The notes beneath the pieces were generated by a model that was given only the letters and a program-made list of their open reading frames with translations, was not told the origin of the DNA and searched no databases. Made by a program: the position numbers and the translations under genes. 64,000 bases of DNA from Patescibacteria group bacterium (GTDB taxonomy: Bacteria > Patescibacteriota > Minisyncoccia > UBA6257 > 2-01-FULL-56-20), in NCBI GenBank assembly GCA_024654525.1, contig JANLHI010000013.1, positions 18,036 to 82,035 on the forward strand, in the 5' to 3' direction. This document shows positions 37,405 to 47,055 of the stretch, in pieces. How positions within the stretch are numbered: the stretch's first letter is position 1; each line of letters starts with the position of its first letter.

Positions 37405-38493
37405 ATGTGGAATATATTTCACAACCTGCAACAAGCGACATTTCCTCTCTACCTCGGAGTGGATATCGGCACGACTTCCATCAAGGCGGTCGAGGTAAAA
37501 CAAGGGGAGCATCTTCCTTTACTTGTAAATTACGGGATGCTTGAGTTGGGAGGGTATTTAATGCGTGCAAACAATGCGCTTCAAACAAGCACGCTGAAAA
37601 TTTTTGAAGAGGAGGCGGCGGAACTTTTGAAAATTCTTGTGAGAAAAATGAAGCCAAAGGCGCGCGAAGTAATTGCGTCGTTTCCCGCATTTGCGGCGTT
37701 TACCACGGTGTTGGATTTTCCCGTGATGAGTCCCGAGGAACTTAAGAAAACCATTGCGTTTCAGGCAAAGGATTATATTCCCCAGCCTCTCTCCGAAGTG
37801 GCGCTTGATTGGATGAAAGTGGGAGAGTTTAGTGATGCAAAAGGAGTCCGTCACAACCAAATTCTTCTTATCTCGGTACCGCGCGAACAGATTAAACGAT
37901 ATCAAAAGCTATTTACCCTTGCAGGTCTTCGGCTTCGAGCGCTTGAGATAGAAAATTTAAGTTTGGCAAGAATTCTTACCATGGGAGATCCTACTCCGGC
38001 GATGATAGTGGATATCGGGAGTCGATCAACAAGTATTTCATTCGCCACAAAGGGCTCTCTTCATTTTGTGAGTCAAAGTGATTTTGCGGGTTCATCGCTT
38101 ACACAAGCGCTTGCGCAAGGGCTTAATATCAATCCTTTACGCGCGGAAGAGTTGAAAAAGGAAAGGGGTATTGGAAATGCCGGACAGGGTTATGAATTAT
38201 CCACAATCATGTTGCCGTTTTTGGATGCTATAATTAATGAGATTAAAAAGGCACAGTTTAATTACGAGAGTCAGTTTCCCGGCGCCCCAAAGCCGGAACG
38301 TGTGGTACTTGCGGGAGGAGGAGCAAATCTCTCCGGCATTGAAAATTATTTTGAGCGGGATATGGGGTTGCCTATCGTGAAGGCATTACCGCTTGAACGG
38401 TTCGAGTATGCTCCTTCGTTACAACCGATAGCGTCCGAAATTGGGCCGGTGCTTTCCGTAGCGATGGGTCTTGCGATGCGGGAATTTATATAA
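37405..38493 (+). CDS. pilM: type IV pilus assembly protein PilM
   Basis: LGVDIGTTSIKAVE, IVDIGSRST, VVLAGGGANL; -10 TATAAT 6 nt upstream. Confidence 0.93.
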   Translation: MWNIFHNLQQATFPLYLGVDIGTTSIKAVEVKQGEHLPLLVNYGMLELGGYLMRANNALQTSTLKIFEEEAAELLKILVRKMKPKAREVIASFPAFAAFTTVLDFPVMSPEELKKTIAFQAKDYIPQPLSEVALDWMKVGEFSDAKGVRHNQILLISVPREQIKRYQKLFTLAGLRLRALEIENLSLARILTMGDPTPAMIVDIGSRSTSISFATKGSLHFVSQSDFAGSSLTQALAQGLNINPLRAEELKKERGIGNAGQGYELSTIMLPFLDAIINEIKKAQFNYESQFPGAPKPERVVLAGGGANLSGIENYFERDMGLPIVKALPLERFEYAPSLQPIASEIGPVLSVAMGLAMREFI

Positions 38494-38521
38494 TATCAAG
38501 CTTCCATTTTGAATTTTTATC

Positions 38522-39082
38522 ATGCCACTTCCTCAAAAAGTCATTGACCGTTTAAGCCGCGAACCTTCCGGAACTCCGGGGTGGTCGTCGCAACTTCTTA
38601 TGTTTTCTGGAACGTTGTTCATTATCAGTATTTTGGTATACGGAGGAATCGCAATAGGATTTAAGCCGTATTTTGAATCCAAACAGAGAGATTTGGATAA
38701 AAAGATACAGGTATTCACACAGCAGATACCGCTTGCGGAGCAAGAGAAAATAACTTCGTTCTATTCGCAAATCGTAAATATAAAATCTCTTTTGGATAAT
38801 CATGTGGTGATAACTCCATTTTTTAAGTGGTTTGAAGAACACACGCAACAGAATGTGGTATATCAGAGCCTTTCCGCCACCATAGAATCTGAAAAAATAA
38901 CAATGAGCGGAGTAGCAAAGAGCATCGGGGATGTGGAGGAGCAACTTGCGGTGTTCGAAAAAGATGAAGTTATAGAGAATGTATCGTTCGGTAATATTGC
39001 GGTAAATGACAAAGGAGGGTGGTCGTTCCAAGTATCCATTACATTTACCCCGGGGTTTTTAGAGGGGCATGCAAATAACTAG
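38522..39082 (+). CDS. pilN: PilN-like protein
   Basis: single TM, coiled coil, ferredoxin-like C-terminus; follows pilM. Confidence 0.75.
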   Translation: MPLPQKVIDRLSREPSGTPGWSSQLLMFSGTLFIISILVYGGIAIGFKPYFESKQRDLDKKIQVFTQQIPLAEQEKITSFYSQIVNIKSLLDNHVVITPFFKWFEEHTQQNVVYQSLSATIESEKITMSGVAKSIGDVEEQLAVFEKDEVIENVSFGNIAVNDKGGWSFQVSITFTPGFLEGHANN

Positions 39083-39097
39083 TACGAGCATAACTCA

Positions 39098-39709
39098 ATG
39101 AAACAAACCACAAAACGCTTTTTAAGCCTTATCGTATCGCTCCTTCTTATTGCGGCGGCATTCGTGGCGTTTCTGAATTTTATTCAACCGGCATACGGAG
39201 AAGTGCAAAAACTTAAAAGTGAAGTAACCACACGCGAAGAGTTTGTAGCGAGTCAGCAGGAAGCGGTGCGCAAGGTACAGGGGTTGATCAGTGCATATAA
39301 TACTCAGGGCGAATTGAGGGGAGTCATTAATCTTACGCTTCCGTTTGAGCAAGATGTAGCAGGAGCGCTTACGCAACTTGCGGGGTTAATTCAAGACTCG
39401 ACATTGGGAGGGAAATCTTTCACAATCTCGACTCCGGATGAAAACGGCGGCGCACCCATAAGAGATTCAAAAGGCAATGAATCCAAGGATTTAGTCTCTC
39501 TACACGATCTTGGCAGGGTTGTGTTCGTGACACGGTTTTCGGGGAGTTATGATAATATAAAAAATTTTTTCGAAAAACTCGAATTAAACGTCAGGGTGTT
39601 TGATATTATTGCGTTATCTATCGCACCTGTGGCATCAGAGAAGCAGACGAAACAAGATATTTATGAGGTCGATTTGCAGGTTATGACGTATTATCAAAAA
39701 GATAAATAA
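39098..39709 (+). CDS. pilO: PilO-like protein
   Basis: TM + coil, GSYDNIKNFFEKLELNVRVFDI motif. Confidence 0.8.
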   Translation: MKQTTKRFLSLIVSLLLIAAAFVAFLNFIQPAYGEVQKLKSEVTTREEFVASQQEAVRKVQGLISAYNTQGELRGVINLTLPFEQDVAGALTQLAGLIQDSTLGGKSFTISTPDENGGAPIRDSKGNESKDLVSLHDLGRVVFVTRFSGSYDNIKNFFEKLELNVRVFDIIALSIAPVASEKQTKQDIYEVDLQVMTYYQKDK

Positions 39710-39715
39710 TTTTTC

Positions 39716-40012
39716 ATGGCCATTATTATTGAAGAAGAACAGCAACAAAGCACCATCAGTATCGTGAGTATATTTGTATGGGTGGTTATTCTTGGCGTGG
39801 TAGGTGCCTCGGTATATTATCTTTTTTTCAAAAATCCCGATTTCACTTTGTTTGTAACACCCGAGGGTTTTAAAAACACGGAAGCACTTTCAAAAATCAA
39901 TCTGAATCCGGGACAGGTGGTAACCAGCCCCGCGTTTAAAGCATTGCGACAATACACGGCGCTTCCCGAGCCTTTGAATGTCGGAAGAAAAAATCCGTTT
40001 CTTGAGCTATGA
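39716..40012 (+). CDS. small pilus-associated membrane protein (PilP-position, GRxNPF tail)
   Basis: one TM; VGRKNPF C-terminus; between pilO and pilB. Confidence 0.65.
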   Translation: MAIIIEEEQQQSTISIVSIFVWVVILGVVGASVYYLFFKNPDFTLFVTPEGFKNTEALSKINLNPGQVVTSPAFKALRQYTALPEPLNVGRKNPFLEL

Positions 40013-41733
40013 CGAACGACCGATTGCTCCAAGAGCTTGAGAAAGCAACGCTGATTGATGCGGGTACGGTGATGAAGGTCCAGCGCGAGGCGTTGCTTAC
40101 CGGCAAGTCGGCTGAAGATATTCTTTATACGAAGCGACTTGCGGATGATGTGAAAGTTGCGCAAGTAAAGAGTGCCATTCTTAAGGTTCCTTATCAAAAA
40201 ATAGATTTCAGCAAGTTCGATGAAAAAATGTTGCAGATTATTCCGGAGACCACCGCGCGAACGTACGGAGTGGTTCCTTTGGGGAGGAAGAACGATCTGC
40301 TCATTGTGGGAATGATGAATCCCGACGATCAAAAGGCGCAAGAAGCGCTTAAATTTGTTGCTCGTGCGAATAAGGCAAGTCTTGGTGTCTATGTCATCGC
40401 ATGGGGGGATTGGCAACAGGTACTCCAAAAATATTCACCGTATCGCAACGACATAGATGACGCGGTGAAATCATTACGCATAAAGCCGGAGGGGAAAAGT
40501 AGGAGTGCAATACGGCTTGAAGAAATGGCGGAAACCGATATGGAGAATGCTCCGGTAATACGAGTGGTGGCGCGCACGTTCGAGGAGGCGGTGATACAGC
40601 GAGTATCGGACGTGCATATAGAACCGCAGGAGGATTATCTCCGCGTGCGGTTTCGTATCAACGGAGAATTGCAGGAAACGGCATCGCTTCCCATCGAGCT
40701 TGCACATCCGGTCATATCTCGCATCAAAGTATTGTCGAATCTTAAAATAGATGAAACACGCATACCGCAGGACGGTCGTTTTCGCACGACGGTGCAAAAC
40801 AGAGATATCGATTTTCGAGTTGCGACGTTTCCCACGCCGGCAGGGGAAAAAGTGGCGGTGCGCGTACTTGATCCTTCCGTGGGATTAAAATCATTTGATG
40901 GATTAGGATTGACCGGAAGGAACCTTGCGGTGATAGAAAAAAATCTTTCGCGTCCATATGGGATGATTTTAGTGAGTGGTCCGACCGGGTCTGGGAAAAC
41001 CACTACGCTTTATGCCGTATTGCAACGGTTAAACAGTGACAAGGTGAATATCGTAAGTTTGGAAGACCCTGTTGAATATTTGGTATCAGGCGTAAATCAG
41101 TCTCAAGTACATCCCGAAATAGGATATGATTTTGCATCGGGACTTCGGCAAATTCTTCGGCAAGATCCCGATGTAATTATGGTGGGAGAAATTCGCGACA
41201 GCGAAACCGCCGAGCTTGCGGTGCGTGCGGCGCTTACCGGACACATCGTACTTTCGACATTGCACACAAACAACTCGATAGGTGTGGTATCGCGTCTTAT
41301 GGATATGAAGGTGGAACCGTTCCTTTTGCCGGTATCGGTGAATATTATGCTTTCCCAGCGTTTAGTCGGAGAATTATGTATCGCATGCAAAGTGAGTGAA
41401 CCTGCGTCTCCCGGAGTGGTAAAGGTAATTACCGAAGCGCTTCAGGGACTTCCGGAGGATATTCGAAGTCGGTATCGCGAGCCATATAAAATTTTCCATG
41501 CGCCGGGATGTAATGTGTGTAAGGGAAGGGGAATTACCGGGCGTATTGCGCTCTTTGAAATACTTGAAATGACTGATGCGCTTAAAGAGATTATTACCAC
41601 CTCTCCTTCCATTCAGCGTATTGCAAAGGAGGCAAAGGATCAGGGAATGATAACAATGAGACAGGATGGTGTCATGAAAGCGCTTGAGGGACTTGTGATG
41701 ATTGAAGAGGTGGTGCGAGAAACGGAAGAATAA
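40009..41733 (+). CDS. pilB: type IV pilus extension ATPase PilB/GspE
   Basis: SDVHIEP, PQDGRF, GPTGSGKTTT, LEDPVEY, LRQDPD, STLHTN, CxxC pairs. Confidence 0.96.
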   Translation: MTNDRLLQELEKATLIDAGTVMKVQREALLTGKSAEDILYTKRLADDVKVAQVKSAILKVPYQKIDFSKFDEKMLQIIPETTARTYGVVPLGRKNDLLIVGMMNPDDQKAQEALKFVARANKASLGVYVIAWGDWQQVLQKYSPYRNDIDDAVKSLRIKPEGKSRSAIRLEEMAETDMENAPVIRVVARTFEEAVIQRVSDVHIEPQEDYLRVRFRINGELQETASLPIELAHPVISRIKVLSNLKIDETRIPQDGRFRTTVQNRDIDFRVATFPTPAGEKVAVRVLDPSVGLKSFDGLGLTGRNLAVIEKNLSRPYGMILVSGPTGSGKTTTLYAVLQRLNSDKVNIVSLEDPVEYLVSGVNQSQVHPEIGYDFASGLRQILRQDPDVIMVGEIRDSETAELAVRAALTGHIVLSTLHTNNSIGVVSRLMDMKVEPFLLPVSVNIMLSQRLVGELCIACKVSEPASPGVVKVITEALQGLPEDIRSRYREPYKIFHAPGCNVCKGRGITGRIALFEILEMTDALKEIITTSPSIQRIAKEAKDQGMITMRQDGVMKALEGLVMIEEVVRETEE

Positions 41734-41826
41734 GACTTGGTTCTTGCGAGTTGCGGGCGCACCGTCATGGTATGGTAGTATTTAATGGTATCAATAAGAA
41801 AAATAAGATTTCGGAGGATTTAAAAA

Positions 41827-42897
41827 ATGGATTATCACGAACAATTAAAAGGACTTCTTGTAGCGGCGGCGAGACAGAACGCTTCGGATCTGCATATTGC
41901 GGTAGGAAGAAGGCCTACGCTTCGCGTTGACGGTGCGCTGGTACCGCTTCAACAAGAACAGATTATGACTCCCGAATCCGCAGAAGGGCTTGTATTCGGA
42001 CTTCTTACGCCGGAACAAAAAGAGCGTTTTATTAAAGAGCGTCAGCTTGACTTCGCCTACAATTTGGAAGATAAAGTACGGTTTCGTGTGAATGTGTATT
42101 ATCAACGCGGGTACGTGGCGGCGGCGCTTCGGGTCATTCCCGGAAGAATTAGTACCATAGAAGAACTTGGGCTTCCCCCTATTCTTCATGACTTTTCAAA
42201 TCTTTCGCAGGGATTCGTGTTGGTGGTAGGTCCCGCGGGACACGGGAAATCCACATCGCTTGCGGCAGTACTCGACGAAGTGAATCATACGCGCGCCGAT
42301 CATATCGTGACCGTTGAAGATCCGATTGAGTATCTCTTTACGCAAGACAAAGCAATCATCTCTCAGCGTGAGGTGGGAAACGATACGCAAACATTCGATG
42401 ACGCGTTGCGTACGGTGCTCCGGCAAGACCCGGATGTCATCATGATAGGAGAGATGCGGGATGCGGCTTCTATTGCCACCGCAATGACTGCGGCGGAAAC
42501 GGGCCACCTTGTATTTTCCACGCTTCACACCAATTCCGCATCGCAGACGATAGATCGGATTATCGACAGCTTTGCGCCGGAACAGCAGGGGCAGGTGGTT
42601 TCCCAGCTCGCCGCTACACTTGTCGCGATTGTGTCCCAACGCCTGTTGCCGCGCATATCGGGCGGAAGAATTCCTGCTGCGGAAATAATGTTGGTCAATC
42701 CGGCGATTCGAAATCTTATTCGGGAGCGGAAAATATATCAGATTGATTTGGTGATTGAAACAAGCTTGCAGGAGGGAATGATTACGTTGAATCGCGCACT
42801 GGCAACATTGGTGAAGAATAAAGAAATATCGCTTGAGAACGCAGAGTTATATTCCATGAATCCGGCGGAGTTAAGAATACTTCTCGAAAGGTTTTAG
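41827..42897 (+). CDS. pilT: type IV pilus retraction ATPase PilT
   Basis: ASDLHI, GPAGHGKST, EDPIEY, LRQDPD, GEMRD, AIRNLIRE. Confidence 0.97.
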   Translation: MDYHEQLKGLLVAAARQNASDLHIAVGRRPTLRVDGALVPLQQEQIMTPESAEGLVFGLLTPEQKERFIKERQLDFAYNLEDKVRFRVNVYYQRGYVAAALRVIPGRISTIEELGLPPILHDFSNLSQGFVLVVGPAGHGKSTSLAAVLDEVNHTRADHIVTVEDPIEYLFTQDKAIISQREVGNDTQTFDDALRTVLRQDPDVIMIGEMRDAASIATAMTAAETGHLVFSTLHTNSASQTIDRIIDSFAPEQQGQVVSQLAATLVAIVSQRLLPRISGGRIPAAEIMLVNPAIRNLIRERKIYQIDLVIETSLQEGMITLNRALATLVKNKEISLENAELYSMNPAELRILLERF

Positions 42898-43007
42898 CGT
42901 AGTGCAAGAAGCGTAGTCGCGAGGATGATTATTTTTTCATACAAAGCAATGTATAGAATGTATGACAACCCCAATGGCGCAATAACCGTAACGTGGTCCC
43001 ACACGGA

Positions 43008-44219
43008 ATGAAATTCCACTATCAAGCAAAAACCAAAGATGGAGAGGATCAGGTGGGGTTTGTAGAAGCTCCGAATCGTGAATCGGCAACCGCTATTTTA
43101 TCGGGACACGGGCTTTTTATTTTAAGTATCGAAGCAACGAAGAAGGAAGCGTGGTATGAAAGAATCGGAGGAATTTTCACAGGGGTGAAAAGAAAAGATA
43201 AGGTTATTTTCTTTCGCCAACTTTCCACACTTCTTGAGGCGCGTATTCCTTTGAATGCGGCGTTGCGTAGTTTGCAGGCGCAAACGGTAAACCCCACATT
43301 GAAAGAGGCTGTGTTTGAGGTTGCGGAAAGTATTGATTCGGGACTTTCTTTCTCGCAGGCGCTTGAGCGTAGGCAAGGCGTTTTCTCCGAGTTCTATGTG
43401 GCGATGGTGCGTGCGGCGGAGACCACCGGCAAACTCGACGAAATTATAGATTTTCTTGCAGACTATACAGAAAAAGAAGATTTGATTGCGCGGAAAACCA
43501 TGGGGGCGATGGCGTATCCGGCACTTGTCGTGGGGATGTTCGGTGTTGTAGCGCTTGTGCTGGTGGTGTTTGTATTTCCTCAAATCCGCCCCGTATTCGA
43601 GCAGTCCGGTATTGATTTGCCGTTTACTACGCGAATTCTTCTCGGGAGCGGAGAATTTTTGGGAGCATGGTGGCCATTGGTGCTTATTGGGGTAATATTC
43701 GGCGGGATTGTGGGTATTGATTACTTCCGCTCGAAAGAAGGGCGTGCGGTGCTCGACGATGCAAAGGTGCGTTTCCCGCTGATACATAGAATTTACTTGC
43801 CACTGGTGCTTACGCGGTTTTCGTATACCACCTCGCTTCTTTTAAAAGGAGGTATTCCTGTTGCGCAAGCGCTTGAGATTGTAAGTCATGTGGTGGCAAA
43901 TGCGTTATATCAAGAATTATTGCATGAGGTATCGGAATCGGTGCGGGGAGGAGAGACTATTTCCCAAGCAATTTCGCGGTATCCCGACTACTTTCCGAAA
44001 CTGGTACCGCAAATGCTTGCGGTGGGAGAACAGAGCGGGCAGTTAAGTCAGATTTTCAGTCGTGTAGCGACATTTTATGAACGTGAAGCGGATGATGTGA
44101 TTAATAATATCGTAAATCTCATACAACCGCTTCTTATCGCGGTAGTGGGTATCTTTGTGGGGCTTCTCTTCGCCTCTATCTTGCTTCCGCTCTATCAACT
44201 CACTTCGTCTTTCGGATAG
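43008..44219 (+). CDS. pilC: type IV pilus platform protein PilC/GspF
   Basis: FFRQLSTLL, AETTGKLD, AMAYP, VGEQSGQL, LLPLYQL. Confidence 0.95.
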   Translation: MKFHYQAKTKDGEDQVGFVEAPNRESATAILSGHGLFILSIEATKKEAWYERIGGIFTGVKRKDKVIFFRQLSTLLEARIPLNAALRSLQAQTVNPTLKEAVFEVAESIDSGLSFSQALERRQGVFSEFYVAMVRAAETTGKLDEIIDFLADYTEKEDLIARKTMGAMAYPALVVGMFGVVALVLVVFVFPQIRPVFEQSGIDLPFTTRILLGSGEFLGAWWPLVLIGVIFGGIVGIDYFRSKEGRAVLDDAKVRFPLIHRIYLPLVLTRFSYTTSLLLKGGIPVAQALEIVSHVVANALYQELLHEVSESVRGGETISQAISRYPDYFPKLVPQMLAVGEQSGQLSQIFSRVATFYEREADDVINNIVNLIQPLLIAVVGIFVGLLFASILLPLYQLTSSFG

Positions 44220-44273
44220 AAATGGCAGTGTGATATACTTATCCACAAGTATGGAAAGGTCGGAAATGATATA

Positions 44274-44789
44274 ATGGAAAACATGAAAACATATTCGAGA
44301 GGCGGGTTTACACTTATCGAAATATTGATTGTAGTCGCTATAATAGGTATCTTGGCTTCCGTCATTTTAGTGGGTCTTGGTCCGACACAGCGTGCGGGGC
44401 GTGATGCCAGGCGTGTTGCGGATTTAAAGAGCGTACAGACTGGATTGGAGCTGTATTTCCAGAAGAACGGTGAGTATCCCGCAGCTGCAAGCGGGTGGAC
44501 TGCCTTGTCCCAGACCCTTGAAGGCGCGGGCGTAGGGGCAGGGAAAATTCCCAATGATCCGAATTATAACAGTGCCGTAGGAACGAGTCCCATTTACCAC
44601 TATTCTCGTCCTGCATACAATGCCTATTATTTAGGCGCGTTGCTTGAGGATCCGAATAACAAGGCGATGAAGTCTTCATTGTCGGGAACATCTGATGGAG
44701 GAAATCCTCCTGTAATAACCGGAGTGTCGATTGATGGCACAGCATGCGGAGGTAGCGGAGGGTTTTATTGCGTAGGAAACGGAAATTAG
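44274..44789 (+). CDS. major type IV pilin candidate
   Basis: G|FTLIEILIVVAIIGILAS, RDARRVADL, LELYF...YP, PNDP; own promoter and terminator; start 44274 or 44283. Confidence 0.9.
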   Translation: MENMKTYSRGGFTLIEILIVVAIIGILASVILVGLGPTQRAGRDARRVADLKSVQTGLELYFQKNGEYPAAASGWTALSQTLEGAGVGAGKIPNDPNYNSAVGTSPIYHYSRPAYNAYYLGALLEDPNNKAMKSSLSGTSDGGNPPVITGVSIDGTACGGSGGFYCVGNGN

Positions 44790-44806
44790 TTTTAAAAGAG
44801 AAAGTG

Positions 44807-44840
44807 GCAAAAGCCGATGGTTTTCACCGTCGGTTTTTGT
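44807..44840 (+). terminator. intrinsic terminator after pilin
   Basis: GCAAAAGCCGATGG-ttttca-CCGTCGGTTTTTGT. Confidence 0.8.
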
Positions 44841-44918
44841 TTTTCACAGTGACTTTTACATTCTTGAATATGTGTGAGGGCTTTCTCCCTTTTAAAGAGA
44901 AAGGTAGAATGAGTCAAT

Positions 44919-45779
44919 ATGGTGTCGATTATCCTTTTTGTTTTAGGACTGTCTTTCGGAAGTTTTATAAATGTGATTGCGCTTCGTTATAATCCGGATC
45001 GATTTTTGTTTTCGCGCACCGCGCTTGGCGGACGTTCTCGATGTGCTCATTGTAAAAAAACGCTTCGATGGTTCGAACTTGTACCGCTCATAAGTTTCTT
45101 GTTCCAGCGGGGACGGTGCCGTTCATGTCACACGCGACTTTCCCCACAATATATGTTCGCTGAAATCATTGCGGGCGCCATATTTGTACTCGTTCCCATT
45201 CGTATTGCATCGTTATACCTCCTACCTCCTACCTCCTACTATCTTCTTGTTACTGTTTGGATTTTTGTGTTGCTGATTCTGCTTCTCCTCTCTCTTATCG
45301 ATGTCCGTTTTCGTATTATTCCCGATGAGTGCAACGTGGCGCTTATCGGAGCGGGAATGGCAATCGCAATTCTTACACCGGTAATGAATGGAACGGGCGG
45401 TTCGTTTCTTGGAGCGTATGGAATTTTACTTCTCGCGCAATCGCACATATGGGTTAATAAACTTTTAGGGTTTCTTGCGGGGGCGTTCGGGCTTGGGATA
45501 CTTGCGGTGGCAACTCGAGGGAAAGGAATGGGCATGGGGGATATAAAACTTGCGGCGGCGCTTGGTGTGGTTTTCGGATGGCCTGATATTGCGGTATTGC
45601 TTGGTATCGCGTTCGTCCTTGGGGCGATTGCCGGAATACTTGAGATAGCGACTGCAAAAAATACGCTTAATGGGACTCTTCCTTTCGGACCGTTTATTGC
45701 GCTTGGCGCTACAATGCTTTTCTTTGGCGGATCGGAGCTTGTGAAGTGGTACTTCGGTGTATTTGCGGGATGGTGGTGA
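44919..45779 (+). CDS. pilD: prepilin peptidase PilD
   Basis: GSFINV, RSRCAHC, PLISFLFQRGRCRSC, IDVRFRIIPD, GMGMGDIKL, PFGPFI. Confidence 0.96.
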   Translation: MVSIILFVLGLSFGSFINVIALRYNPDRFLFSRTALGGRSRCAHCKKTLRWFELVPLISFLFQRGRCRSCHTRLSPQYMFAEIIAGAIFVLVPIRIASLYLLPPTSYYLLVTVWIFVLLILLLLSLIDVRFRIIPDECNVALIGAGMAIAILTPVMNGTGGSFLGAYGILLLAQSHIWVNKLLGFLAGAFGLGILAVATRGKGMGMGDIKLAAALGVVFGWPDIAVLLGIAFVLGAIAGILEIATAKNTLNGTLPFGPFIALGATMLFFGGSELVKWYFGVFAGWW

Positions 45780-45820
45780 TTCGGTGCGGGATGCACGCGT
45801 AGTGGGGTATAATAAAGCAA

Positions 45821-46468
45821 ATGAGTTTGTCTACCATCACTCGTTGCATATCGCGTCTTCGGAAACGCTCGGGGTTTTCTCTTGTCGAGTCGTTAGTGAT
45901 TATTTCCATCGTGGGGTTGCTTTCTGCGTATACGATTTCTTATTCGAATGTAAGTCGAAGACAAACCGAGATGTATGTGTCGAAAGCCCAGATAGGGCAA
46001 TTTATCCTCAAGGCAAAATCACTTACACTAAATACGCGTACTCGCGGGTCGTTGGGGCGTCCGTGTGGATATGGAGTGGACGTAAATGAAGCGCTACCTC
46101 CTTCCCGATCTTCACTCACGCTTTTTTCGTATTCCGTACCTACCGCAGAGGTATCGCAAGGGCTTGGGGGGTCGTGTCTTAAGGATGGCGTATTAAGGAA
46201 AGAGCAAGTGGAGATAGGAAGAAACGGTCTCGAAAAGAATACGGTTGAGTCGTTTGAATTGCCCCAAGAAGTGGAATTTTTTAACAGTGCAACCCGAGTG
46301 GGAATGGTAAAGCGCATATTTTTCCTCGCACCCGATCCCCAGACATTCATTTGGGTGGATGGAAGTGCAGACCCCGGCGCGCTTTCTGGAAGAATATATC
46401 TTATCACGGAAGACGAGCGTGCGTCGTCATCAATATTTGTTACGTCCGCAGGTGAAGTAAGTTTCTGA
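45821..46468 (+). CDS. minor pilin (FimT/FimU-position)
   Basis: G|FSLVESL class III signal peptide. Confidence 0.8.
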   Translation: MSLSTITRCISRLRKRSGFSLVESLVIISIVGLLSAYTISYSNVSRRQTEMYVSKAQIGQFILKAKSLTLNTRTRGSLGRPCGYGVDVNEALPPSRSSLTLFSYSVPTAEVSQGLGGSCLKDGVLRKEQVEIGRNGLEKNTVESFELPQEVEFFNSATRVGMVKRIFFLAPDPQTFIWVDGSADPGALSGRIYLITEDERASSSIFVTSAGEVSF

Positions 46469-46476
46469 ATAACCGT

Positions 46477-47055
46477 ATGAGGATATACAGACATATGCGC
46501 ATACTGCAGGCACAAAAAGGATTTTTTATCATCGAGGCAATGATTTCTTTGAGTTTACTCACGGTGGGATTTTTAGGGTTACTTACCTTGCTTGCGAGTT
46601 CATTGGGACTTAATCGTGTAGTAACGGATACCTATATTGCGAATTATCTTGCCATAGAGGGGGTAGAGATTATAAAAAATGTAATAGATGCGAATGTTGC
46701 GCACGGGCAGAATTTTAACAAAAATTGCATATGGAGTACGGGGTTTAATGCCGAGAAAACATACGAAATTGATGCGCAGATACCATCGGTGACCCCGAGT
46801 GATTCCGGTTGCCCCGGAGAAGTGCTGGTGGGGGATATTATGATTGGTGCGGGACGTCCACTAAAATTTGATGTGTCTTCCGGTGAATATGAGTATGATA
46901 CGGGGACAAACTCCGTGTTTCGAAGGCGAGTAACGGTGTCACCGGTAAACGATAATGAATTACGTGTTAACTCTGTGGTGGCATGGACCACGCGCGGAGG
47001 AGGAAATTTTACGGTAAATGTCGAAGACCACTTGTATAACTGGTCAAGACCATGA
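46477..47055 (+). CDS. minor pilin (PilV-like)
   Basis: G|FFIIEAM; ANYLAIEGVEIIKN; FRRRVTV...VAW...LYNW. Confidence 0.8.
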   Translation: MRIYRHMRILQAQKGFFIIEAMISLSLLTVGFLGLLTLLASSLGLNRVVTDTYIANYLAIEGVEIIKNVIDANVAHGQNFNKNCIWSTGFNAEKTYEIDAQIPSVTPSDSGCPGEVLVGDIMIGAGRPLKFDVSSGEYEYDTGTNSVFRRRVTVSPVNDNELRVNSVVAWTTRGGGNFTVNVEDHLYNWSRP

